Of a stretch of DNA of 64,000 nucleotides, positions 55,490 to 62,894 are shown in pieces; the stretch's first letter is position 1; every line of letters starts with the position of its first letter. The notes beneath the pieces were generated by a model. It made no database searches, was not told the DNA's origin, and saw only the letters and a program-made list of their open reading frames with translations. The stretch is from Escherichia phage warpig: the sequence record MN850637.1. One strand, written 5' to 3'. The translations under genes and the position numbers were made by a program.

Positions 55490-55572
55490 GTGGGACGATG
55501 TTAAGACTCTAAGGCATGAGCAACGGCTTCCAACACCGTTTCAAAGGGGTTCAACTCCTCCGTCCCATGCCA
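55490..55572 (+). tRNA. tRNA, possibly Trp (anticodon CCA), atypical D region
   Basis: T-arm AGGGG-TTCAACT-CCTCC, acceptor GTGGGAC/GTCCCAT, G73-CCA; anticodon stem AACGG/CCGTT with TTCCAAC loop; about 6 extra nt in D region. Confidence 0.4.
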
Positions 55573-55585
55573 AAGTCTTATTAGG

Positions 55586-55673
55586 GGTAGGTAGCGGCTA
55601 ATGGTAGCCAAACAGTCTTGAAAACTGTTGCCACTGTAGAGATACGGTGAGGGTTCGACTCCTTTACTTACCG
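55586..55673 (+). tRNA. tRNA-Ser (anticodon TGA), type II
   Basis: Acceptor GGTAGGT/ACTTACC, anticodon stem ACAGT/ACTGT, loop CTTGAAA, long variable arm, T-loop TTCGACT. Confidence 0.7.
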
Positions 55674-55829
55674 CCTAATAAGATTTAAAGCCAAGCTTCA
55701 TTCGGATGTCGCTTTGGTATCCCTCGTGTATTGTCGTACACACTGATAAAACACCTAGTAGGTGTCACGGAGAAGAGATAATATCAAGCTCTCCAAAGGT
55801 TCTAGTCACCGGATTAAACAAGACTATGC

Positions 55830-55851
55830 AAAGACCTTTTTAGGTCTTTTT
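55830..55851 (+). terminator. rho-independent terminator
   Basis: AAAGACC-TTTTTA-GGTCTTT followed by TT. Confidence 0.5.
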
Positions 55852-55930
55852 AGAGGGCTTCTAAGGTTATTACAGCTTGTTGTGGAACCTTGTTGCTTAG
55901 GTTCTTAGAAGTTCTCTAAAAAGATTTAAT

Positions 55931-56008
55931 GGGAGATTGACGGTAATTGGTAAACCTACCATCCTTAGAAGTTGGTGTTTGAGGGTTCGAATCCCTTGTC
56001 TCCTACCA
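55931..56008 (+). tRNA. tRNA with Leu anticodon TAG, short variable arm
   Basis: Acceptor GGGAGAT/GTCTCCT, A73-CCA, D-loop AATTGGTAAA (Leu-like), loop CTTAGAA, 5-nt variable loop, T-loop TTCGAAT. Confidence 0.5.
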
Positions 56009-56015
56009 AATTAAT

Positions 56016-56091
56016 GCAGGTGTAGCAAAATGGTTATGCGGCTGACTCTTAATCAGTAAGACGATGGGTTCAATTCCCTCCACCTGTACCA
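56016..56091 (+). tRNA. tRNA-Lys (anticodon CTT)
   Basis: Acceptor GCAGGTG/CACCTGT, anticodon stem GCTGA/TCAGT, loop CTCTTAA, T-loop TTCAATT. Confidence 0.7.
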
Positions 56092-56097
56092 GACATT

Positions 56098-56173
56098 GGG
56101 GTCATAGTTTATATGGTTAAAATTCGAGTTTTGCAAACTTGGGAACTGAGTTCAATTCTCAGTGACTCCACCA
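56098..56173 (+). tRNA. tRNA-Ala (anticodon TGC)
   Basis: Acceptor GGGGTCA/TGACTCC with G3-T70 wobble (Ala identity pair), loop TTTGCAA, T-arm CTGAG-TTCAATT-CTCAG. Confidence 0.75.
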
Positions 56174-56179
56174 ATTAGT

Positions 56180-56254
56180 GCATCCATAGTTTAAACGGGA
56201 AAATTACAGTCTTCCAAACTGAGGTTGAGGGTTCGATTCCCTCTGGATGCTCCA
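56180..56254 (+). tRNA. tRNA-Gly (anticodon TCC)
   Basis: Acceptor GCATCCA/TGGATGC, loop CTTCCAA, T-loop TTCGATT. Confidence 0.75.
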
Positions 56255-56261
56255 AATTAAT

Positions 56262-56337
56262 GCTCCTATCGTATAATAGGCTATTACGGTTGCCTTGTAA
56301 GCAACTTATCAGGGTTCGAATCCTTGTGGGAGCACCA
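56262..56337 (+). tRNA. tRNA-Thr (anticodon TGT)
   Basis: Acceptor GCTCCTA/TGGGAGC, anticodon stem GTTGC/GCAAC, loop CTTGTAA, T-loop TTCGAAT. Confidence 0.8.
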
Positions 56338-56443
56338 ATTCAGAGGTCAAGTGAAAGACCGCTGGTGTCAACTGAAGACCGTAACAAATTCCACGGAGTT
56401 GAGTTAGCGGCACAACTTCAGACCTCTTTCACACTCGCTTAGT

Positions 56444-56518
56444 TTATATGGTAAAACACCACCCTTACAAGATGAAGAAAAAGGTTCAAGTCCTTTAGTG
56501 AGTACCATGTTCCAGTAT
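56444..56518 (+). tRNA. tRNA, possibly Val (anticodon TAC), weak anticodon stem
   Basis: Acceptor ACTCGCT/AGTGAGT, D-arm GTTT...AAAC, T-arm AAAGG-TTCAAGT-CCTTT, CCA; anticodon arm has two mismatches. Confidence 0.4.
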
Positions 56519-56519
56519 C

Positions 56520-56597
56520 CCAATTGGCAGAGGATGCAAGCTCAAACCTTGTATTAGTGACGGTTCGAATCCGTCTTGGAACACCAATTTTAAGAGG
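56520..56597 (+). tRNA. tRNA with Leu anticodon CAA, short variable arm
   Basis: Acceptor GTTCCAG/TTGGAAC, A73-CCA, D-arm TCC-CAATTGGCAGA-GGA (Leu-like D-loop), anticodon stem GCAAG/CTTGT, loop CTCAAAC, 6-nt variable loop. Confidence 0.5.
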
Positions 56598-56605
56598 CTA
56601 TTTAG

Positions 56606-57163
56606 ATGAGATATTTGAAGTATGCTTCATGGATTTTCCTAGCTTTACTAGAGCCATTTGCAGCAACCCTAGCAGTCATCTTAGCACCTTTCGTAGTTCC
56701 ATTCTACAGTGAGAAGAAAGGACACCTACCTTTTGGATTCAGATGGATGGAGACCTATGACAACCCAATTGATGGTGATGAAGGTCACGTTAAAAGATGG
56801 GCTAAGATTAGAAAGATTGGTAAGCTGGGTGTCTACATGCAGAGAGTTGGATGGCTCTGGAGAAACAAAGCTTATAACTTCTCTTACCATGTATTAGGAA
56901 GAGATGTAAAAGATGTTACTAAGTGGAAAGGCAATATCAACGTAAGTTCTGACCCTGAAGATAATCAGACTGGTTATCTCCTAATGTGGAATAGCAATGC
57001 TTGGGGATTATTCGCTTTTATCCCATCAATTAAAGTCTTTGGTAAACAGTTTTACTGGAGAATTTATATTGGATGGAAACTAAAAAGCGTTGTCCCAGAA
57101 GAAAGAGCATTCTCAAGGGAAAGAGTTATGTTGGCATTCTTTATTCATCCACTGAGAAAGTAA
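56606..57163 (+). CDS. membrane protein inside tRNA cluster
   Basis: 185-aa ORF with N-terminal hydrophobic helices. Confidence 0.45.
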   Translation: MRYLKYASWIFLALLEPFAATLAVILAPFVVPFYSEKKGHLPFGFRWMETYDNPIDGDEGHVKRWAKIRKIGKLGVYMQRVGWLWRNKAYNFSYHVLGRDVKDVTKWKGNINVSSDPEDNQTGYLLMWNSNAWGLFAFIPSIKVFGKQFYWRIYIGWKLKSVVPEERAFSRERVMLAFFIHPLRK

Positions 57164-57171
57164 AGATTTAA

Positions 57172-57247
57172 AGGGGATTAGTTTACAAGGTTAAAACCTC
57201 GGTCTTTGAAATCGAAGAAGTTGGTTCAATTCCAACATCCCCCGCCA
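57172..57247 (+). tRNA. tRNA-Gln (anticodon TTG)
   Basis: D-arm GTTT...AAAC, anticodon stem TCGGT/ATCGA, loop CTTTGAA, T-arm GTTGG-TTCAATT-CCAAC, G73-CCA. Confidence 0.7.
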
Positions 57248-57249
57248 AT

Positions 57250-57328
57250 GCTCCATTACTCCAATTGGCAGAGAGGCCAGACTTAAAATCTGTGTTATGT
57301 ATCGGTTCGAATCCGATATGGAGTACCA
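57250..57328 (+). tRNA. tRNA with Leu anticodon TAA, short variable arm
   Basis: Acceptor GCTCCAT/ATGGAGT, A73-CCA, D-arm CTC-CAATTGGCA-GAG (same as 56520 tRNA), loop CTTAAAA, 7-nt variable loop, T-arm ATCGG-TTCGAAT-CCGAT. Confidence 0.5.
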
Positions 57329-57333
57329 AATTT

Positions 57334-57409
57334 AGCGGTATAGCATAACTGGCAATGCAACAGTCTCTGAAACTGTCCTATTAAGGTTCAAATCCTTATG
57401 CCGCTGCCA
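57334..57409 (+). tRNA. tRNA-Gln (anticodon CTG)
   Basis: Acceptor AGCGGTA/TGCCGCT, D-arm GCAT...ATGC, anticodon stem ACAGT/ACTGT, loop CTCTGAA, G73-CCA. Confidence 0.75.
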
Positions 57410-57440
57410 CTTCTAAGGGTTCTTACGAGAGTCCTTAAAT

Positions 57441-57516
57441 GTGGCCTTATCATAAATGGTAATGACCCATGCTGTGAACATGGTCTATACGGGTTCAAAT
57501 CCCGTAGGTCACCCCA
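57441..57516 (+). tRNA. tRNA-His (anticodon GTG)
   Basis: Acceptor GTGGCCT/AGGTCAC, anticodon stem CCATG/CATGG, loop CTGTGAA, T-arm ACGGG-TTCAAAT-CCCGT. Confidence 0.75.
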
Positions 57517-57521
57517 ATTTA

Positions 57522-57597
57522 TAGTCCAAGTAGCTTATATGGTGAAGCGCGTGTCTGAAAAACATGAGAAGAGGGTTCAAATCCCACTGGACTACCA
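57522..57597 (+). tRNA. tRNA-Phe (anticodon GAA)
   Basis: Acceptor TAGTCCA/TGGACTA, anticodon stem CGTGT/ACATG, loop CTGAAAA, T-loop TTCAAAT; 3' end register ambiguous. Confidence 0.6.
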
Positions 57598-57613
57598 ATT
57601 TCAAAGGTGCTTA

Positions 57614-58348
57614 ATGAAAGAGATGACAGAACAAGGTAAGGAGATTTTTAATCTCTTAAAAACCGGTAAAGGGTTTTCTAACCCACTTATTACTGGTGCA
57701 GCAGTTCTCGGTGGAACCGTAGCTGCCTCTACATCACTTGTAAGCTCTATTAGCTCTGTAACAGACCCTACAATGAAGGAGAAGCTTGTTGCTGCTGGAC
57801 TTACAACAGTCCTTCTAAACAGCTTTACAACAAGCCTGACAAGCACTACAGCAACCACTAAGACCCTAACAGACTATGGTCAAAAGTCTATTGATGAGTT
57901 TTCATCACGTATGCAGGTAGCAAAGGGATATTCCAATGTTATGGGTGCAGCAGGAGAACAAGTTGGTTGTACACCATTCAGTGGTATTATGGGTGTTGCT
58001 ACAGAGTATGGTCAAAAAGCTATTGACATGATTAACAGCACACTAGACAGTGTTAACGGTGTGTTAAGTGACTTACAAGACGCTATTGATAAGGGTCTTG
58101 ATACTGTTTCTGATTTAGCTAATCAGGCTGTTAGTAAGATTAATGAAGGTATCTCAAAGATTACAGCTTATGCAGATGAAGTTGTGCAGATGATTGAAGA
58201 AGAAGCTGCCCTTATTGCAGAGTACCTTAAAACGAATATCAATGGGTTCTTAGCAGGTATCTTACCAGACTGGTTTGATGATGCTTGTAAAACTGGTGTA
58301 ATCGACACTATTGCAACACCAGAAATGAAGAGCGCATTACAGAAATAA
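57614..58348 (+). CDS. hypothetical Ser/Thr-rich protein inside tRNA cluster
   Basis: 244 aa from internal ATG (track ORF at 57398 reads through three tRNAs). Confidence 0.45.
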   Translation: MKEMTEQGKEIFNLLKTGKGFSNPLITGAAVLGGTVAASTSLVSSISSVTDPTMKEKLVAAGLTTVLLNSFTTSLTSTTATTKTLTDYGQKSIDEFSSRMQVAKGYSNVMGAAGEQVGCTPFSGIMGVATEYGQKAIDMINSTLDSVNGVLSDLQDAIDKGLDTVSDLANQAVSKINEGISKITAYADEVVQMIEEEAALIAEYLKTNINGFLAGILPDWFDDACKTGVIDTIATPEMKSALQK

Positions 58349-58349
58349 T

Positions 58350-58442
58350 GGAAGATTAACCCTAAAAGGTAAGGGAGCAGTTTGCTAAACTGCCAGTAGC
58401 TGAGAAATCGGTGTACCAGTTCAAGTCTGGTATCTTCCTCCA
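58350..58442 (+). tRNA. tRNA-Ser (anticodon GCT), type II
   Basis: Acceptor GGAAGAT/ATCTTCC, anticodon stem GCAGT/ACTGC, loop TTGCTAA, long variable arm, T-arm ACCAG-TTCAAGT-CTGGT, CCA. Confidence 0.75.
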
Positions 58443-58446
58443 ATTT

Positions 58447-58522
58447 GAATCCGTGACAGAAATGGCTATGTGCCTGTCTGCAAAACAGGTTTATAAGGGT
58501 TCAAGTCCCTTCGGATTCTCCA
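58447..58522 (+). tRNA. tRNA-Cys (anticodon GCA)
   Basis: Acceptor GAATCCG/CGGATTC, anticodon stem CCTGT/ACAGG, loop CTGCAAA, T-arm AAGGG-TTCAAGT-CCCTT, CCA. Confidence 0.75.
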
Positions 58523-58558
58523 AGTTATTTTACTCTCTCTCAATTAAAATAATAATAA

Positions 58559-58619
58559 TGCCCTGCTATAAGTATTCTTCCTTTCGCTACCGAAGAGTAT
58601 TTTTAGACAGGGCTTTTTT
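58559..58619 (+). terminator. compound rho-independent terminator
   Basis: Outer stem GCCCTG...CAGGGC enclosing inner hairpin, followed by TTTTTT; ends tRNA operon. Confidence 0.5.
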
Positions 58620-58684
58620 ACAGAGTTATACTTTATAGGAAGACTTATACAGTATGTCTCTGACGTACATTGTGGTTTCTCCTT

Positions 58685-58708
58685 GACGGTCTCTGTGCCG
58701 TCTTTTTT
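58685..58708 (+). terminator. rho-independent terminator
   Basis: GACGG-loop-CCGTC followed by TTTTTT. Confidence 0.55.
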
Positions 58709-58744
58709 AAGGAGAAACATGGTTAATTATTTGGAGAAAACATA

Positions 58745-58945
58745 ATGAGTGAGACCGTTTATAAAGAACTTTATGAAGCTAATAAAAAGCTAGAATTTAT
58801 GCAGAACACTATCATGGCAATTGCAGATAGATTATCTGTAGCAACAGGTATTGATATTAAAGAAGCATCTATAGATGCACTTCTTGATGCTGTTGATGCA
58901 AAGTTCGAAGTTAAGAAAGAAGAGACTGCTACAGACTCTGAATAA
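58745..58945 (+). CDS. hypothetical protein
   Basis: 66-aa ORF with RBS GGAGAAAAC, directly upstream of large terminase. Confidence 0.45.
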   Translation: MSETVYKELYEANKKLEFMQNTIMAIADRLSVATGIDIKEASIDALLDAVDAKFEVKKEETATDSE

Positions 58946-58966
58946 TTCTATTTGCGGAGGTGCTTA

Positions 58967-60568
58967 ATGGACTTAAATGCTGTTAAGCAGAAGCGAGTGG
59001 AAGATGTTAGGAAAGTCCTAGCTGGAGAGTTGGGGCTTTCTGATGAAGTAAAAGAAATTATCAAATCATTCGGTAAAGACCCCTCTAAATTCCTTCCAAC
59101 TCAAATTCTGACTTTATTAAGATACACACCAGACCAAGTTCGCCTTATCTTTAAATTGATGACTGATAAGAACTATGTAGCCCCTCAGCCGGGTTCTCAA
59201 GAGGTCTTTTTAAACACTAATGCTGACTTAGTTCTCTATGGTGGTGCTGCTGGTGCTGGTAAGACTGCTGCATTGTTAATGGACTCTTTAAGATTTATTG
59301 AAGACCCTAACTACAATGCTGTATATTTCCGTCGAAATACAACACAGTTACAAGGTGGTTTATGGCCTGCTGCAAAGAAACTATTTGGTAAGTTTGGTGG
59401 GATTCCTCACGAGCAGAAAATGACTATTACATTCCCTTCTGGGGCGACTATCAAGTTTACCTATCTAGAACTTGAAAAGCACGCTGAAGGTCATCAGGGT
59501 ATTGAATACTCAGCTATTTACTTTGACGAAGGTACACACTTCTCTGCTTCACAGATTTCATACCTACAAACACGTCTTCGTTCTGGTGCTGAAGGTGATT
59601 CATACATGAAGATTTCCATGAACCCAGACAGAGACCACTTTATTTATGATTGGGTAGAACCATTCTTAGATGAAGAAGGTTATCCAGACCCTGAAAAGTG
59701 TGGTCGTATTCGTTGGTATGTAATGAATGATGGTGTGATGGTTTCTGATTGGGAGAGAGACAAGATTCTTGAAATGTTCCCTCTGGAGATTCCTCAAACA
59801 TACACCTTCATCTCTGGTACGATTGATGATAACCCAATTCTTGACTTCTTAGAACCTAAGTACCGTGGTAAGTTGGAAAACAACACCCCTGTAAACGTTG
59901 CAAGACTTCGTTTCGGTAACTGGAAGGCTCGTGCAGAAGGTTCAAACTATTGGCAAAGGCAATGGTGTGAAATTGTTGATTCACTCCCAGAGGATGTATT
60001 TGATGTTAGAGCATGGGACTTAGCAGCAACTTTACCATCTGAGGTTAACCCTAATCCAGACTGGACAGCGGGTGTTAAGATGGGTAAATCTAAAAAAGAC
60101 GGTTGCTATTATATCATTGATGTAGTAAGATTTAGAGATAGACCCTCTGGAGTCGAAACACAAATTAATTTGACTGCTGAAAGTGACGGTAAGCGAACTG
60201 GTATTTTTATCCCTCAAGACCCAGGCGCTGCTGGTAAATCCTACGCAACATCCCTCATCAGGAAACTTGCCGAGAAAGGCTATCGTGCAAGAGCTAAACC
60301 AACAAATAAAGATAAAGTTACCCGATTTGCGGGGTTTTCTGCTGCTTCTGAAGCTGGACTTGTAAAAGTTTTGAGAGGTAGTTGGAACGAAGCTTATTTC
60401 CAAGAGCTTGAAGGCTTTTGTGGTGATGGCAAAACTAAAGATGACCAAGTGGATGCTACCAGTGATGCTTTCAACAGTCTTAACGAAGTTAAATTATTCA
60501 AGCCACCATCAATGGGTGCTCACACAGACTTAGTGAGAGGAAACCCATATGAGGGGCTTAGACGTTGA
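58967..60568 (+). CDS. terminase large subunit
   Basis: Walker A LYGGAAGAGKTAAL, Walker B-like AIYFDEGTH, C-terminal nuclease-like region; about 533 aa. Confidence 0.8.
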   Translation: MDLNAVKQKRVEDVRKVLAGELGLSDEVKEIIKSFGKDPSKFLPTQILTLLRYTPDQVRLIFKLMTDKNYVAPQPGSQEVFLNTNADLVLYGGAAGAGKTAALLMDSLRFIEDPNYNAVYFRRNTTQLQGGLWPAAKKLFGKFGGIPHEQKMTITFPSGATIKFTYLELEKHAEGHQGIEYSAIYFDEGTHFSASQISYLQTRLRSGAEGDSYMKISMNPDRDHFIYDWVEPFLDEEGYPDPEKCGRIRWYVMNDGVMVSDWERDKILEMFPLEIPQTYTFISGTIDDNPILDFLEPKYRGKLENNTPVNVARLRFGNWKARAEGSNYWQRQWCEIVDSLPEDVFDVRAWDLAATLPSEVNPNPDWTAGVKMGKSKKDGCYYIIDVVRFRDRPSGVETQINLTAESDGKRTGIFIPQDPGAAGKSYATSLIRKLAEKGYRARAKPTNKDKVTRFAGFSAASEAGLVKVLRGSWNEAYFQELEGFCGDGKTKDDQVDATSDAFNSLNEVKLFKPPSMGAHTDLVRGNPYEGLRR

Positions 60569-60584
60569 TAGCTAGGTGAGAAGA

Positions 60585-62051
60585 ATGGCAGATATTACAG
60601 AAACACAAGAAAGCTTACCACCATTTAGAATGGGTGAAGTAGGTTCTTTGGGTCTGAAGGTTAAGAATGGAAGAATCTATGAAGAACCTCGTCAGGCACT
60701 AAGGTTCCCTGAAAGTATTAAAACTTTCCAATTAATGATGCGTGACCCTGCTGTAGCAGCATCTGTAAATATTATTAAGATGTTTGTCAGAAAAGTCAAC
60801 TGGAGATTCGTACCTCCAAAGGGAAAAGAGCAAGACCCTAAAATGCTTGAAAGAGCAGACTTCTTTAATTCTTTAATGGATGACATGGAGCATGATTGGG
60901 CAGATTTTATTAACTCTGTAATGTCATTCTGCACTTATGGGTTCTGTGTTAACGAGAAAGTTTATAAGAAGCGTCAGGGTAAAAAAGGAAAGTACCAGTC
61001 AAAATTTGATGATGGTCTAATTGGATGGGCTAAATTACCAATCAGAAACCAATCAACACTTGATAAGTGGTATTTTGACGAAGATTTTAGAAAAGTTACT
61101 GGTGTTAGACAGAATCTGAGAAATGTTTCACATATTGCTGGAGCAATTAATCTTGGAGAAAGACCACTAACAAGAAAACTTCCACGAGCTAAATTCATGC
61201 TGTTTAAGTATGATGATGAATATGGAAACCCAGAAGGTCGTTCACCATTACTTAATGCCTATGTACCGTGGAAGTATAAAGTCCAGATTGAAGAGTATGA
61301 AGCTGTTGGTGTTTCAAGAGACTTGGTAGGTATGCCAAAAATTGGTTTACCACCAGATTATCTGGATGAAAATGCAGAACCTGAAAAGAAAGCTTTCGTA
61401 CAATACTGCAAAACTGTTGTTAACGATATGATTGCTAATGACAGAGCAGGTTTAATCTGGCCTAGATATATCGACCCAGATACTAAAGAGGATATTTTTG
61501 AGTTCTCATTAGTTTCTAGACAGGGTGCTAAAGCATACGATACGGGTTCTATTATTGACAGATATTCCAAGCAGATTATGATGGCATTTATGTCAGATGT
61601 TCTTGCTATGGGTCAGTCAAAATATGGTTCATTCTCTCTTGCAGATTCTAAGACAAGCTTATTAGCAATGTCAGTAGATATCCTGCTGAAGCAAATTAAG
61701 AACGTAATTAACCGTGATTTAGTTGCACAGACTTATGCTCTTAATATGTGGGATGATGAAGAACATGTGCAAATCACATATGATGATATCGAAACTCCAG
61801 ACCTTGAAGCAATTGGTTCTTATATTCAGAAAACTGTTGCAGTAGGTGCTTTGGAAGTTGACAAAGAGCTATCTAACAAGCTTAGAGAGCATATTGGTCT
61901 TCCTCCTGCTGATGAGTCTCAACCAGTATCTGAAAAGCTTTCTCCAAATAGCCAAAGCCGTTCAGGAGATGGTTATAAGACCGCTGGAGAAGGTACTGCA
62001 AAGACACCTTCAGCAAAAGACCCAAGCACAGCAAATAAGGCAAATAAATAA
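60585..62051 (+). CDS. putative portal protein
   Basis: About 488 aa immediately after large terminase and before prohead protease; call by position and size. Confidence 0.5.
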   Translation: MADITETQESLPPFRMGEVGSLGLKVKNGRIYEEPRQALRFPESIKTFQLMMRDPAVAASVNIIKMFVRKVNWRFVPPKGKEQDPKMLERADFFNSLMDDMEHDWADFINSVMSFCTYGFCVNEKVYKKRQGKKGKYQSKFDDGLIGWAKLPIRNQSTLDKWYFDEDFRKVTGVRQNLRNVSHIAGAINLGERPLTRKLPRAKFMLFKYDDEYGNPEGRSPLLNAYVPWKYKVQIEEYEAVGVSRDLVGMPKIGLPPDYLDENAEPEKKAFVQYCKTVVNDMIANDRAGLIWPRYIDPDTKEDIFEFSLVSRQGAKAYDTGSIIDRYSKQIMMAFMSDVLAMGQSKYGSFSLADSKTSLLAMSVDILLKQIKNVINRDLVAQTYALNMWDDEEHVQITYDDIETPDLEAIGSYIQKTVAVGALEVDKELSNKLREHIGLPPADESQPVSEKLSPNSQSRSGDGYKTAGEGTAKTPSAKDPSTANKANK

Positions 62052-62551
62052 TGGCTGAAGTTATCTCTATTTCAAATGCTACACGGGTGCATTCGTATAG
62101 AGGTGTTCTTATCATTACTGACAAGTTATCTGTAGAGGCTGGCTCAAGGGTCAGCCTTTCAGGTTATGTAAGCGATGGTGGAGCCTCTGACGTTTTCACT
62201 ATTTGCAGGTTACTTGATGCTCCAATGAGTGGAAAACCGTTTATTTCAGGAAATTGTAGTGAAATTGTTAAAATTCCATTTGACAGTTCATGCCTTTTGG
62301 GTGTAAAGTTATATAACTGCGAGAATAAACGTATCAATGTTAATAGCATTGAAGCCGCTTTCATTACCCTTGACACTGCATTTCAATCTCCAATGACAGT
62401 TAATAAAGAAACAAACAGACTTGAATACATTTTTTCACAAAATGATTACAAAGTACTTGTCAAAGGCAAAGTATATGATATGATTGTAAATGTGGTAGAT
62501 GAATCTGGTAACCATTCAACAGTCCTTAAACAAAAAGTAAGGTTTAATTAA
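62051..62551 (+). CDS. hypothetical protein (head module)
   Basis: 166-aa ORF between portal and protease. Confidence 0.4.
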   Translation: MAEVISISNATRVHSYRGVLIITDKLSVEAGSRVSLSGYVSDGGASDVFTICRLLDAPMSGKPFISGNCSEIVKIPFDSSCLLGVKLYNCENKRINVNSIEAAFITLDTAFQSPMTVNKETNRLEYIFSQNDYKVLVKGKVYDMIVNVVDESGNHSTVLKQKVRFN

Positions 62552-62883
62552 TGGGAACATTAACTATTGATGGTAAGAATAAAATCCTCGCCACGCTAAC
62601 CCCAACGACTATTATTTTACACAATGTAGACCCAACGGCAGACCCTACAGCAAATAAGGTTACTCAGCCAGTGGCTATTTATTTTTCTGAACCGGATAAT
62701 GGCTTAATTGCCTCAGAAGACACAGTTAATATTACTGTTCCAGCTTCTGCAACGGTCTCACACTATAGCTTGTGGGATGCTAACGATAAATGCGTGGCAA
62801 CTGGTGCTCTTAGCAAACCTCAATTCTTTGCTGAAGAAGGTATCTATGTTATCTCTTCAGTCTCTGTAGATTTAAACAAATAG
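62551..62883 (+). CDS. hypothetical protein (head module)
   Basis: 110-aa ORF. Confidence 0.4.
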   Translation: MGTLTIDGKNKILATLTPTTIILHNVDPTADPTANKVTQPVAIYFSEPDNGLIASEDTVNITVPASATVSHYSLWDANDKCVATGALSKPQFFAEEGIYVISSVSVDLNK

Positions 62884-62894
62884 GGTGAGTAAAA

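Noticed and set aside
56260-56712. Track ORFs 56260..56442 and 56524..56712, and the N-terminal part of 57398..58348
   Set aside because: They overlap hand-folded tRNA genes (Thr, CAA, Gln, TAA, Gln, His, Phe); the real CDS in the last case starts at 57614.
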